DNA of 64,000 nucleotides, taken from assembly GCF_009914755.1 (NCBI RefSeq), contig NC_060947.1; one strand, given 5' to 3'. Each line of letters begins with the position of its first letter. Positions within the stretch are counted from its first letter, which is position 1. The DNA comes from the human T2T-CHM13v2.0 reference genome, Homo sapiens. The translations under genes were made by a program, and so were the position numbers. Positions 11,726 through 24,664 of this stretch are shown one piece after another. A model generated the notes under the pieces. The model saw nothing but the letters and a program-made list of their open reading frames with translations. It searched no databases and was not told the origin of the DNA.

Positions 11726-13038
11726 TTATTAAGGTGTGGAGAGGAGGAGGAATGGGGAGATATAAAGTCAGAAATCCTTTTGAGTTGATTTTTGAGGAAG
11801 TTGTTCGAGTGGTCATGAATACCAGATGCTTGTGCATGGTAGGCATATACAAATTTCATTGAAAATCTTGACTGAAAGCCTATTGCTTAGTGGCTTTTAT
11901 TACATATTTAAGATACAACCTTGTCAGACTAAAAATTACCTGAAACACCAAACACTGTATACAGATAAGTTTTCAGAGGGACAATGGTGTGCCTGAACTT
12001 GTTTAATCAGACTGAATCAGAAGTTTTGTAATCACGAAAAAGGGCCAAAAGTAGAGAACAATCCCCATTTCCCTAAGAGTGAGTCTAAGATCTGATGTAG
12101 TCAATAAGCCAGTGTAGACAGAGGCGAGGCCCCACACAATATTGCCTCCCCACTGTGAAATAAACACATCGTCTTTTGGCAAGAGTTGCAATGGTAACCT
12201 CTACATGAGAAATATAGTATGTTTTACTCCCTGCTTCATGGATGGTGGTGGATGTGTTTCTATGATTAATAGGGTGATGGATCCAGGCAGCAATGGTGGA
12301 AATCTAGGTGGTGCAGGCTCAATCAGCATCTTGATTCCCATTCAGTCTCATTAGAGAACCAACTTATTCCAGGGGCTTCTAAATGAATAGCCCATACATT
12401 ATCATTAACAGCTTGGATCTGTCTCAATATGTTATGAATCCAAAGGGATGAGGAGTGTTAATCCAGTATTTGTAATTTTCCAAGTGACTGACCAAACAGC
12501 TATTTAATTGGCAGCAACCAAATAGTCGGAGGCAGGGGAGGCAGGATATGTAAAATATAACAACGTTCACGAAGAGGAACAACAGCTAAAGCTAGGAGAC
12601 CGTCCTGGAGTCCTACTCACTATGCAAGTGGATTCTATATTCTTTTGATTCTTAGCTGATTCTGAGGCTGAAGAGAGTCAATCACCTGTTGGATGCCACC
12701 AAATTACAGTTTGTCATCATGTAACAAGGCTTACACACTTAGAGACACTTCTGTGAAACAAGGGCACCAATTAGCCAGTGATTTTAATTCAGGCATTGGA
12801 GAAGCGGATAGTATTTTTCCACAATGGAATAGCTAACTATTTTTCACATAAAAGCTGAAAGGCCACTGTGTCAAGACTGGCTGGATTTTTTAATAGTCTA
12901 CTTTCATCGAGAAACAAAATTGTCAAGTCTTTCCCACAGTACTATTCATTGAACCTGATTTGACTTACAAGATGAGAGTTTCAGGCTAGAAAATCACAAG
13001 ACTTCTATCCGTCAGGAATTTAGTTCTGGCAAGGATGC

Positions 13039-13201
13039 AGTGGCAAGCTTTTTATGGAGAGGTGTACAACAGTTGATAACAAATCCTCCTAGATGCTGAA
13101 TTTTGCACCATATCCTCGGTAATTAATCTGGTATTAAGAAAGAAGTGGCCTGAAGTAGGAATATACATGAAAAATGTCTGGTTTGATTGGTAAGGCCTTG
13201 T
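13039..13201 (+). repeat. Right arm of the 163-bp inverted repeat (ERV-L RNase H segment)
   Basis: See 11563-11725. Confidence 0.97.
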
Positions 13202-13800
13202 GAAGAGTGATACTGGAAGATTTGGGAGACAACGCTGACTGGAATATGCATAAGAATGGATCTAGGAAAGTGAGTATAGAGTTGGCATATCTTTGTGTCT
13301 TACAACAATACCCACCGGACAGTATCTACGAAGAAGAGACACTCAGCAACCACAGAGAGGCTTTCCCTAGATGTAAACCATCTTCTATTCTCAGCTACTT
13401 CAATGTTTATTCAATGGGCCCATAAAGAAAGAACCGTAATAGCAGAAATGGAGGCTATGAATGGCTGCAATACCCTGGCATACCTCTCGCCAGAGTTTGC
13501 ACAACTACCATTTCTTATAAATGCCTGATGTGTCAATAGTAGAAACCAATGCTGAAAACTTGATATGATTCCATCCATGAAAGAGACCAACCAGACACTT
13601 GGTTTCAAGATTATTATATTAGCCTTCTTCTAACTGAAGATAACAGTAATTCACACTTTCAATAATTTATATCTGCTCTGAAATTCATTGGCCTTCCTTG
13701 GCCACAATGCTTGTATGATTTCCACTAACCACTTACTTACAGCCTTCTGATGTACTCACATGTGATCCCACATAGCTGTTTCAGACCAAGGAGCCCATTT
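13039..13800 (+). pseudogene. Degenerate ERV-L pol: RNase H to integrase core
   Basis: Manual translation across frameshifts gives RKKWPEVGIY (cf. KEKWP.V.IYTD), QWAHKE (cf. AQWAHEQSGHGG), CQ..KPML..YDSIHERDQPDTWFQDYYI (cf. CQQQRPTLSPRYGTIPRGDQPATWWQVDYI) and SDQGAH (cf. IASDQGTHF). Many stops. Confidence 0.8.
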
Positions 13801-16326
13801 GGTTTTGAAGAATAATTTGTTACTGATTGCTGTATCACCTGAAAACCTGTGGCCTGTTAGACCTTTATTATAATTTCTTAAAGGCTTGCCTAAAGCAATT
13901 GTTGTGGATGACAACATGGTACAGTCAAAGTTATATCGTACAGAATACAGTATTGTCATGGAACCAAGACTGACATATCATTCTGTGGTCAAATGCTAAA
14001 TAATGTTTCCAAGGGGTATAGGGAAGTTTGACATTTTTTACCATCACTCCTGCTGACTCACTTCCAGTATTTGTATTTCTAGTTTCTTCAGCCTTAGGGT
14101 TCTACTGACTGAAAGGTCTTGGCTTCCCAGGAGGCAATGCTTTCACCAGTTGGCCCAATCACCATTCCACTGAACTTAATGTTGGGAGCACTACTTGGTC
14201 CCTTTGAGCTTCTCAATCGAGTGGACAATCAGATAAAGAAATGTTTCTTTTCAATCATAGATAATAGACCTTGATTATTATGAGGAAATACAACGTCTGC
14301 TACCAAACAGAGGCAAGGAGTTATATGCATGGAATTTGCTGGATTCACTGAAGATGTTTTGGTGCTCCTATGATCAGGATTAACAGTATGCACTCAGCTG
14401 GGAAACTTTGTTCTATGAACTCTGTTTTGGGGAACATAAACTAAAACATGCAAGCAAAGCTATAAACTCAATGAATATACTTTTGTTTTACCTAATAGCT
14501 TTATTTACGTGCCCTTCATATGTGCCTCTGATATCCTATCCTGCTGACTGTGCTCTTCTGCAGAATCCAGTGTCTCCATGGTGTGTATTAGCTTTCAATT
14601 TATATTAATACTTACCTATTTGATGTGCATCATTCTCATGCTCTTCCCCTGCAAATGACCTAAAGTTATCTCATTTCTCCTTCTCTACCCTATTGACCCC
14701 TTCTATTGCCCTTCACTGAGGAAACTTGTTGAACTAAGATCTTTTGCCTTACTTGGCCTCTTTGCTTATAGATGTCAAGAAACTGATTGGCTGTACATCA
14801 TTTGAGAAAACTAATGTTATTAATTTTTGTATTTATTGTGTCTGATAACATGTTAGATGTGTAATACATGTGAAATGAACTAATGTATTGTTGAGATAAA
14901 TTATTCTTATTGAAGGTTCAATATTGTTGAAGGCTCTTACTGTAAGAAAAGAAATTTTTGAAAAAATTTCTGAATAAATTTATTACAGCACCTACTACAT
15001 AGTCTTAGTATTTGGGTATGTACCCTACATTTACATAAGTGCATAATAAAGATCATCACTACATTTTCTAAACTAAAAAATGCACTTTTCATACAGTACT
15101 TGATGTCATACATTTACACATTTCTAGTTTTGTTTAACTCTGTGCTTTAGGAAATGTTTTCTCTATCAGATTCTTTGTTGTTTGTTGTTTCAATTATTAG
15201 AATTGCTTCCTTTACTTTGTGCTCATTTTTTTCTTGCTTTAGCTCAGATCAACTTGAACATTTTTAAGAGTTATACATTTCCATACAGTATTAGACAACA
15301 GTGGTTGAAATGCCAGAAATCTATAAGTTTTAATACTGTAAATATTGGGTATGGAGTCACAGGAGTTGAGAGAAGATAAAATATGTTTCAAAGTTTTATA
15401 AATACATATGTTTAACTCTTGTTCTTCTTGATATTCGTGAACATTTCAGCTCTTCATGAGTCCTGTAGGTTTTCCTCTATTCCAATGTCACAGTCTCCAA
15501 AGTTATCAGTAATCTGCATATGAGAGCAGCTGTTAAAGTCCTATAGCTGATTATAAACCATCCTTTGAAAAGAATAAAAGCAAGACAACAATTGTCGGTG
15601 AATGACAAAATGTCTTCAGGGTAGTTACAGTCAAAAACATTATTGACAAAGAAATTTGGTTATTTATGTGGTTTACAATAACAATAACCTTAATTATGGT
15701 TGACAGCATATACACAGACATTAAAATTTTAAAAAATCACATACAATTTTGGAACATATATTACCGTTATTCACTAAAGCATAACCTGTAGAAGATTAAA
15801 CATTATTTTGGCAATCTCCCATAACTAAACATGTAAAATAATCCTGTTTACCACTCATTTGAATGTTCCAGGTTTCCTCCGTAGCATCTAAAAGTTAAGG
15901 ATCAGAAAAGGCAATTTTTGAAGCTGACATTTGATTTTGGGAAGCCTATCAAACAGTTTAAAGGTTAAAACACTTCATACTATGAAATATAATTCCAGGT
16001 TACCATAGGTCATTTAGTTAGCCAAAATGATGACTCAAAAATTTTTAAAAGGGCAAAAACCATTACTCATTAAGAGGGAAGACTTAGCTTTCCAAACAAT
16101 CTTTCTTTAATATTACATAAAAATCCTGTTCAAGAGAGAGAAAGCCATATTTCACCCTTGCGTTAGTCTACTATTAATGTCAACCCCAATTTTTAATGAA
16201 ACCTTATAGATAATTTTGGCCAATCTTAACCACCTTGACCATGAGGTGAGATTCTTGTAAATCTCGTATAACCCTTTTCAAATTTTTGTTAGAGAGCAGA
16301 TCAGTGCCTTAAGAAAACCTTGCTGT

Positions 16327-16753
<427 letters not shown>

Positions 16754-18343
16754 TCAGACCACATATTTACATTTTGAAGACATTTGTATTTTACCAATTA
16801 TCTTTAAAACTTATTTCTCAAAGATTAAATTCACATGAACTAAAAAGCATTACAGCTTTTACTTTTTCTTAAGAAAATATTTGATCTAAGCACTTATTTT
16901 CTTTAAGCCAATTAATTAGACCTTTTTTCTATAACCACCACACAAATAACACATATATGATTACACAGACAGACAGAAGAAGATTTAGTAGTTGTAAGAC
17001 TTTTCATTTGCCAGTCTCCTAATTGGATTACTGACCTCAGGGTAGAGTCCTTCAAGAAACAGGACTAGGAAAGAATTTAGTTCCTAGGGCCTAATAAACA
17101 GGCATAGCTGGGAGACATAAATAGATTTGCGAGGGATATACACTTTTAATTCTTTGGGTTCCATGAGAAAAACAGGGTTTTTTCCCAAAATGGGGTCTGT
17201 GTCACATTCTCCATTTTTCTCAAGGAGTCCCATGTTCTCAGAAGTTATCTTAGGGCCTCTCATGTCTGCATTAAGAGTGGCAAGACAAAACGGATAAAAA
17301 TAATTCAGTCGACTGAGAAAAAATCTTTTTCCAGAAAAACAAGATTCACCAAGAGAAAAACATAAAGGTCTTTTAAATACACCTATATCTTGGATATCCT
17401 CTTTTAATTAAGCTTTTAACCATAGCACTCTTTAAGAAAATCATTTTAAATCCCTTGTTACCTGACTTTAGCCATGGGAAGTGGCCAATATTTCTAGCTT
17501 TTGTACTTTAAGAAAAGTAGCCTCCACTAAGGTTATGACTTAACCATGAGTATACGAGGTATTTTCAAAGAGGTGGTAAGCAGCCTTTACAAAATCTATA
17601 ATCTTTAAAGGTAGCTCAGAGAAAGGAAGATTTAAGAAAGGAAGCTAGAAGTTGTTCATGGAGGGGAAGAGAATCAGCAAATGGTGGCATGTGGTGGAAG
17701 GGGGCAGCAGGCAGGAAACACTAGCTGGCCAGCTGCTTGGGGACCCTTATCCCTGAGACAGACCTGGGGCTCAGTTGGCGGCCACGGCTCACTCCCAAAC
17801 CCATGACCGTTGGACGCAGCATGTACATGCAGTGAACAAAGCCACACGCCCCAGCCAGGATGGGGAGGATGAGTGGGGAGCTGCCATGTGCTCATCCATC
17901 TGCCCTGTGTGCCTGCAGCCTTTGGGATGGAGGTGGGGGATATGCTTCTAAGAACAGACAGAAATCACATTGTTCTGACTTGCATATGTGATGGCTGAGC
18001 CAAATGCTCATTCTACCTAGTAATATCTCTGCAGTTTCCAGCAACACCCTTAACATTATAAAAGAAGAGACAGGAGTCATGACAGCCTTGAAAGAAAGAA
18101 AGAAGGAAAATGCCATAGAGAAGACTGGATTGGAATGAGGCCGACACTCCCAACCCGAGATTGGCAGGGATAGGAGGGTGTCAGGGTCCTCTCCGGCATC
18201 CTGTCCTCTGTAGCTGCACCATCCATTCTTAATTGGCTCTCCAGAGGTTTAATGCTTCATCTCTCTTCAGAAAAGTCCTGAGAATGAGAAGGCTTGGAAA
18301 TGAAAGTGAAGAGCGTAGGTTCACATTTACTCATCCTATTTCA

Positions 18344-18361
18344 ATCTCAGTGGGACCTCCA
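18344..18361 (-). promoter_or_regulatory. Retroviral primer-binding site complementary to tRNA-Gln
   Basis: Plus strand ATCTCAGTGGGACCTCCA vs recalled tRNA-Gln 3' end ATCTCGGTGGGACCTCCA (17/18, CpG-type change). It lies 3 bp inside the LTR boundary. Confidence 0.85.
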
Positions 18362-18364
18362 AAA

Positions 18365-18884
18365 TGATACAGTCTTTCTGCTCTTTAGCTCAGCTAGGTC
18401 CAGGTTCTTGTCTTATGACCAGGAAGAGTTAGGCATGCAAACACCAGAGAGTGAGTAGAATAGAATTTATTAAGTGAAAGGAAAACTCTCAGTGGAGAGG
18501 GGACACAGTGGAGGTGGGTGGTTTCCCTACCCGAAGGTGGAAAAGTTCCCCCATGTGGCTGGATCTGGGGCCTTTTATCAACTCAGAATGGAGAGTGTGC
18601 GCTGATTGGTTTGCAAAAAAGGTTAAAGCAAAGATACCACTCAAAGGTGGGCACAACAGTATAGAAAACCAATTAGGAAAGGGTAGGTTTATGTAAAATA
18701 TGTGAAGTGTGGGGATCAATCAGAGGAAAGCGTGCCAAACAGGAAGACAAGCTCTCAATCTGGTCTGAGAATTTAACTTGTAGCTTAACTTTCAGACTTT
18801 AAACTGTCTTCAGCTTGGAGGTGGGGTTTTACTAGGGACCTTCCCCTATCTGCCGAGGCATTTGGCTGCCTCCTGTCGCTATCA
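18365..18884 (-). mobile_element. ERV1 5' LTR (LTR9/MER61/MER52 group), 520 bp
   Basis: Minus strand begins TGATAGCGACAGGAGGCAGCCAAATGCC and ends GTATCA. It has a CCAAT box, a TATA-like GATAAAAGG and an AATAAA on that strand. Confidence 0.9.
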
Positions 18885-19883
18885 ATAGTACACATTAATT
18901 GCATAATTTCGTAATTATATATGTCTCATACTAAAAAATTTAGATTATCTTTAAAATCAGTGGCTGATGATTCCATAAAAATTATAAAATACTTTCAGTC
19001 CAATTTAGTCCATAGCGTTAACCTACTGCACCAAAGTTATGATAGACTTTGGTTTAGAAAATCTAGTAATGCACCTTTGAATATAAAACTTTAACAGCAG
19101 AAGTGCAAAACTTCCAATGTGAAAGGGTAGCAGTATATGGACTTTGATGAGGCTTTAAAGTTTTTTCAGCTTCCTGATTACTATTTCATTCCTGAGTATT
19201 TTGTTAAGAGCAATAATGCAGTAGAAAAAGCACAGACATTCAGTTCCTCCAAGGCCTGAAGAGAGACATAGGTCTAGTAATATGAAACAATTTATACCAC
19301 AAATCAGTGAATCAAAATAGAAGTCATTACAAGATAATCAATAGTTTAGAAAATAGCCTGTTGCCTCTCATCACCTCTACGTATTCAATTGTATTGTGAA
19401 TGGTTGTAAATCTACCAAATGATAATTTTAAATTGATTTTTAAGCCTTTAAGCCTACAGAGCTCTTAAACCCAGATTTAGGGAAATCTCCAAAACACAAC
19501 ACAGTTAATAACATTAATGTTCTATTTATCATCATCATTTAAAATTTTTTTTCTGGGATGGTTTATTTTCTATTACATAGATACCATCAAAAGTAGACAC
19601 TTGGACATCATTTCTCAGTAATTTTCTTTAGTTTTAGATTGCCAACGCCGATAATTAAAAACATTTTATCAGAAAGTTTTTGAATTTATGATACTTGACA
19701 GCCTAAATTTTGGGATAAATGATTTTGTAACAGACAAACAGAAAGATACAGTTTTCAATTAGTTTTGCCATACATTATTGCATTTGAATCTCACATCATT
19801 TCAATAGAAAAAAATAACATTTCTAATCTCTTTTTATTATGCATTTATACTGAAGTACATACATAATAAATACGTGAATACCT

Positions 19884-20187
19884 TTCTTTTTTATTTTTAA
19901 TTTTATTTATTATGGATACATAGTAGCTGCATATATTTATGGGGTACATTAGATGTTTAAATGTAAAATGCAAGGCATAATAATCACATCATGTAATATG
20001 AGATATCCATTCCCTCAAGCATTATTGTGTTAAAAACAATCCAATTTTAGTCTTTATTTTAAAATGTGCAATGAAATAATTATTGACTATAGTTTCCCCA
20101 TTGTGCTATCAAATACTAGGTCTTATTTATTAAAACTATTTTTGTACCTTTTAACCAGCCCCACCTCCTCCCACCCCCACTACCCTT
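19884..20187 (-). mobile_element. L1MA 3' UTR fragment (L1MA2-like)
   Basis: TATATTTATGGGGTACAT..TAATCACATCATG..TATCCATTCCCTCAAGCAT with a T-rich tail. Confidence 0.88.
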
Positions 20188-20288
20188 TCATTCTTAATAT
20201 TTAATTGATTGAGGTATATAATTTTATCCAAATCTATGATATGTATAGCGGTTCCGGTTTTATTTTGGTGTCAGTTAACTATAAAGAG

Positions 20289-20452
20289 CAGTTATCAGCA
20301 AACTTTCACTATGAAGGGTCAGATAGCAAATATTTTAGGCTTTGTGAATCATTGGTTATCGGTCTGTCACAACTTTTTTACCTCTGCCATAATCATGGAA
20401 AAGCAGTCATACACAATAGCAAATAAATGAGTGCAGGTGTATTCCAAAATAA

Positions 20453-20484
<32 letters not shown>

Positions 20485-20531
20485 ACGAGAGAGATGGGAT
20501 TTGGCCTGTGGGGTGTAGTTTGCCAATCTTT
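20289..20531 (+). mobile_element. MER58A-like hAT-Charlie MITE containing a T27 tract
   Basis: CAGCAAACTTT..AAGGGTCAGATAGCAAATATTTTAGGCTTTG start and GGATTTGGCCTGTGG..TAGTTTGCCAA end. Confidence 0.85.
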
Positions 20532-21689
20532 ACCACAGAGTGTTGCATTCTGGTGGTTTATCAGATAAGGCTTGAGTTGTGAGTTATTGGAGTGATTATC
20601 AAGCATTCATGGGTGTCACCTTTACTTGGCATTCCTGAGGAATCCAGGACCTGCCTTTGGTAATATGAAGGTGCCAGGTATTTTTCAAGATTACAAAGAA
20701 CAGCAAGAGAAACTCTACTTGCTCACTTGTATTCACCAGGTTTCTCACTTGTACTTTCTCTTAGAGCTCACAACACAGCTATCATGTGCATTTATTTCAA
20801 ATTTATTTTTAATTAAAATATAGAATTGTACATATTTATCATGTGAAACATAATGCTTTAATGCATATATACACGCATATTTCTAAAAGAAGAGTTGTTG
20901 CTCTAAAAGAAATATTCTTTAAGCAGCTAGGATGTGGAACAAGAGAAGTTTGTGGAACATGTAGATTTTCTTACAAAGGAAATGTATCGTAGTGGTCATT
21001 AAAACATAAATTAATTTTTTTGAAAAGATTTTTAAAATTATTATAATTTTCATCTTTGTATGTTTTACTTTTGATTATCTGGGAATATTTTTGGTTACAT
21101 ACTTGGTCATTATTCAATTGAGAATAAATGAACACATATAATAGTTTCAGACATGTGGTAGGTACAAATTGTCTACCAAAAATATTATAACAGAAGACTA
21201 TAATTTATTATTAATGAATGAATAAATTAATTGTGTGGATAGACTTAACAACCTAAACAAACTTTTTATCTAATATTAGCATTTTAAATAACTTGTTGAC
21301 ACTATAGCCAGTTGGACATAATAAAACAAAATAAGTGCCAAAATTCCAGGCATAACTTTCGAAAACACAGTTTTCTAATTTCCTAGTTTATTTCTTTTTG
21401 TTAGGATAATGCATTTAACTTTATTCTCATTGAAATAAAAATTTCCATAGAACATATATAATTTTCAGTACCAGAAAATTTGTATTTTTATTTACTTTGA
21501 TTAAAAAAAAATGCAAGCATTTCACAAATGTAACTCATAGGAAGTAAATGTAAAATTTGGAGTATGTATAATTTAGAGGAAAGAGGACTGAGTTAATAAA
21601 CATGTACTAAAAATAAAGTTGGAGCACAGATTATTTTTAGAAGTAAATGATGAGACAACTAAAAATATTTCTGTCTTTCATGCTAAATA

Positions 21690-22030
21690 TTGGAAATAAA
21701 TGGAGGAGAAAAAGTAAATTTCCCCAACCGAAAAATTCCAAATAATATCCGTAGATACTCCTTCTCCCAGGAGATGAAGTTTAAACCCCTTCCCTCCTTT
21801 AAGTGTGAGCTTGATATAATGACATGCTTCCAAAGAACAGAAAATACAAGGAGATCAATAGCAATTGGAGAGTGAACCTGGTAAGTACCACTTTGCCCAA
21901 GTGATCAAGATTATTCATTACCAAGTCACAGTATTTCATAAGCTCCTGGCTATGATGTGATGAAGATGGCATGCTATCTCTGTGATATTCCTCAAAAAAA
22001 TACCCATCCCCTCAGTCTGGTAATGAAAAT
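21690..22030 (+). mobile_element. L1MD-like 3' UTR fragment
   Basis: CCAAGTGATCAAG..GATGTGATGAAGATGGCA..CTCTGTGATATTCCTC motifs of L1MC/MD 3' UTRs. Confidence 0.7.
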
Positions 22031-22562
22031 TATATATATATAAAATATTCTTAAATTATTTCAAACAGATTATTTTTAATTGACAGATAAAAGCGCAGGT
22101 ATTTATCATGTACAACATTGTGTGGATCTTTTAAATAAAGAAAATAAAATATTTCATATTCCTATAACTAATTTAACAAGTTTTTATTTTTAAAAATCTT
22201 TCCTTCAAAGTTGCTTCTGAATTTAAATTTTGTATCACGTAGGCTTAAAATAGCCCAATGAAATAAACTTTACTTTGGGTAAAATACAAATTCCCTAGTC
22301 GTACTGTTAAAAACTATATCCAAATATTCAAGGGAGGGAATAGGTAAAGAGTGTATCAATTAGAAATCCCTTATAATTATTATAACCAAGTAAGTTTGGG
22401 GCACACTGGACCAGTAAATTGATTTTGTCACAGTGGTTTTCTACTCGCAGCTACCAGCTATAGATAACAGGATCCAGTCATGCTGTCAATTAGTAATTTA
22501 TTTTCTCTACAGAGCCCTGTATCTACTCAAAGTATAGTATTAACTTCTTTCCATCTTACATA

Positions 22563-23093
<531 letters not shown>

Positions 23094-23532
23094 AAGAAAG
23101 GATTCTTTAAAAAAGAAATGTAGAAACCAAGATCTGAAGGGCACGATAGTAAGGTGGCACAAAAGTGTATGCTTGGTGATTACAAAATAAATATTGATGA
23201 TACGCACTCTGAATGAACGTAGGTGAGAGAAAAATATCAATTTGAACAGAGGCAAAAACTATACATGCACATACACATATGTTAGCCTGTAGCTCGGGGG
23301 AGGGTCTCAAAAATTGATTTTTGAAAATTCTTAGCATGAAAACCTAATGCTAACAATATACCTTCAATTGGAAACCTGTAATATGAGCTGTAATATAAAG
23401 TAAAATTTCATTTTATAGTAGATCATCTTTAGGTGATAGAAGTAGACTTCCCTCAAGTTATTACCCTTTTGGAACGTTGTGATGTCATCCACAGTTAACA
23501 ATTTTGAAGCAAATGCTTACAAAATCCAAGAA

Positions 23533-23660
23533 GTTATTATGGTTTTAATTGTGTCCTCCAAAGTTCATGTTGAAGCCCTAACCTCTACTACCTCAGAATG
23601 TGATTGTATTTGTATACAGGGCCTTTAAAAACTAATGAATGCAAAATGAGGTCATATGGG
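23533..23660 (+). mobile_element. MaLR LTR 5' fragment (MLT1B-like)
   Basis: AATTGTGTCCTCCAAAGTTCATGTTGAAGCCCTAACC..TACCTCAGAATGTGATTGTATTTG..AAAATGAGGTCAT. Confidence 0.8.
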
Positions 23661-24660
23661 ATCTAAGTTGCCAGTTATTTTCTTTCAACATTCTAAATAC
23701 GTCAATTTTTCTTTTCTGCCTTCTGCCATCTCTACTTAGCAGTCATCCTGTGGACTCGTCGTTTCTATAGTAATTTCCACTTATTTAATGCCTACTCTGA
23801 ATGCTTTTAAGTTTTCCATCTTTTGTTCTCAAAGCAATTTTATTACGATTTGACCAGATATTTGTGTGTGTGTGTTTATCTTTCTCGGAGTTTACTAAAT
23901 TTTTGAATCTGTGGGATACCTTTCATTGGTTTGGGTAAGTTGTTGGTCACTGTCTGTTTGACTATTCTGGATGATTTTTCTTTCCTTTCTAGAATTTCAA
24001 ATACATGTGTGTGTGTGTTTGTGTATATATACACACACATACATACATATACACACACATACGCATATAAGCATATATATTTTATGTATATATATGTATA
24101 TATGTTATTGCATGTTCCACTTGGCTATTAGGCTTTGTTCTGTTTCCTCCTCCACCCTATTACCTGTTCTCTCTGTGCTGTTTGAGTACTTTCTATTTAC
24201 GTGTGTTCAAGTTCATTAATCCTGTGTTCTGCTATCTAATCTATTATTAAACTTATAACTGAGTTTCTAATTTCAAATATTATGTGTTTTATTTCCAGGA
24301 TGTTCATTTGGTTCTTATCTTGAGATTCAAAATTTTGCTGAAATTCTCTTTTTCACTTACCTTGTAAATCATCTTTTGAATGTGCATATCAATTATAGTT
24401 ATTTTAAACTGTTTTTCTGCTAACTCATTATCTGGATCATGTGTGCATCTGCATCTATTGTTTCTTTTTCTCTTGCTTATTTGCCATATTTTTCTGCCTC
24501 TTTGTATTTCCAGAATTTTTTGTTGTATGCTGATTATAACGTGTACCAAGAAAAAGAAGCTTCATATGATATTTTTGTGTTTTTATCTCACAAGGGAAGA
24601 TTCCCCTTTTTCTCTGTTAGGAAGATAAAGTGAACTATTGATATCTTCAATCCAAAATTG
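23661..24660 (-). mobile_element. Very old L1M 5'/ORF1 fragment
   Basis: Antisense ORF1-like motifs (TTTCTAATTTCAAATATTATGTGTTTTATTTCCAG, TAGTTATTTTAAAC). Confidence 0.6.
24005..24105. repeat. Compound (TG)/(TA)/(CA) microsatellite
   Basis: Read directly. Confidence 0.9.
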
Positions 24661-24664
24661 AGCT

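Larger units (their letters stand above)
10990..14448 (+). mobile_element. Ancient ERV-L (class III) internal remnant, rearranged, ending in an LTR16/33-like terminus
   Basis: Degenerate pol motifs (see next feature). Ends in CTCTGTTTTGGGGAACATAAACTAAAACA, resembling ERVL LTR 3' ends. Left boundary uncertain and could extend to ~10390. Confidence 0.6.

Noticed and set aside
11563-13201. DNA transposon with 163-bp terminal inverted repeats
   Set aside because: The arms are ERV-L RNase H coding sequence continuous with pol to the right, and no TSD or transposase is evident.
17650-17960. GC-richer patch as a CpG island promoter
   Set aside because: CpGs are sparse and the patch lies in the ERV leader region.
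18344-18361. tRNA-Gln gene or pseudogene
   Set aside because: Only the 3'-terminal ~18-22 nt including CCA match, directly beside an LTR, so it is a primer-binding site.
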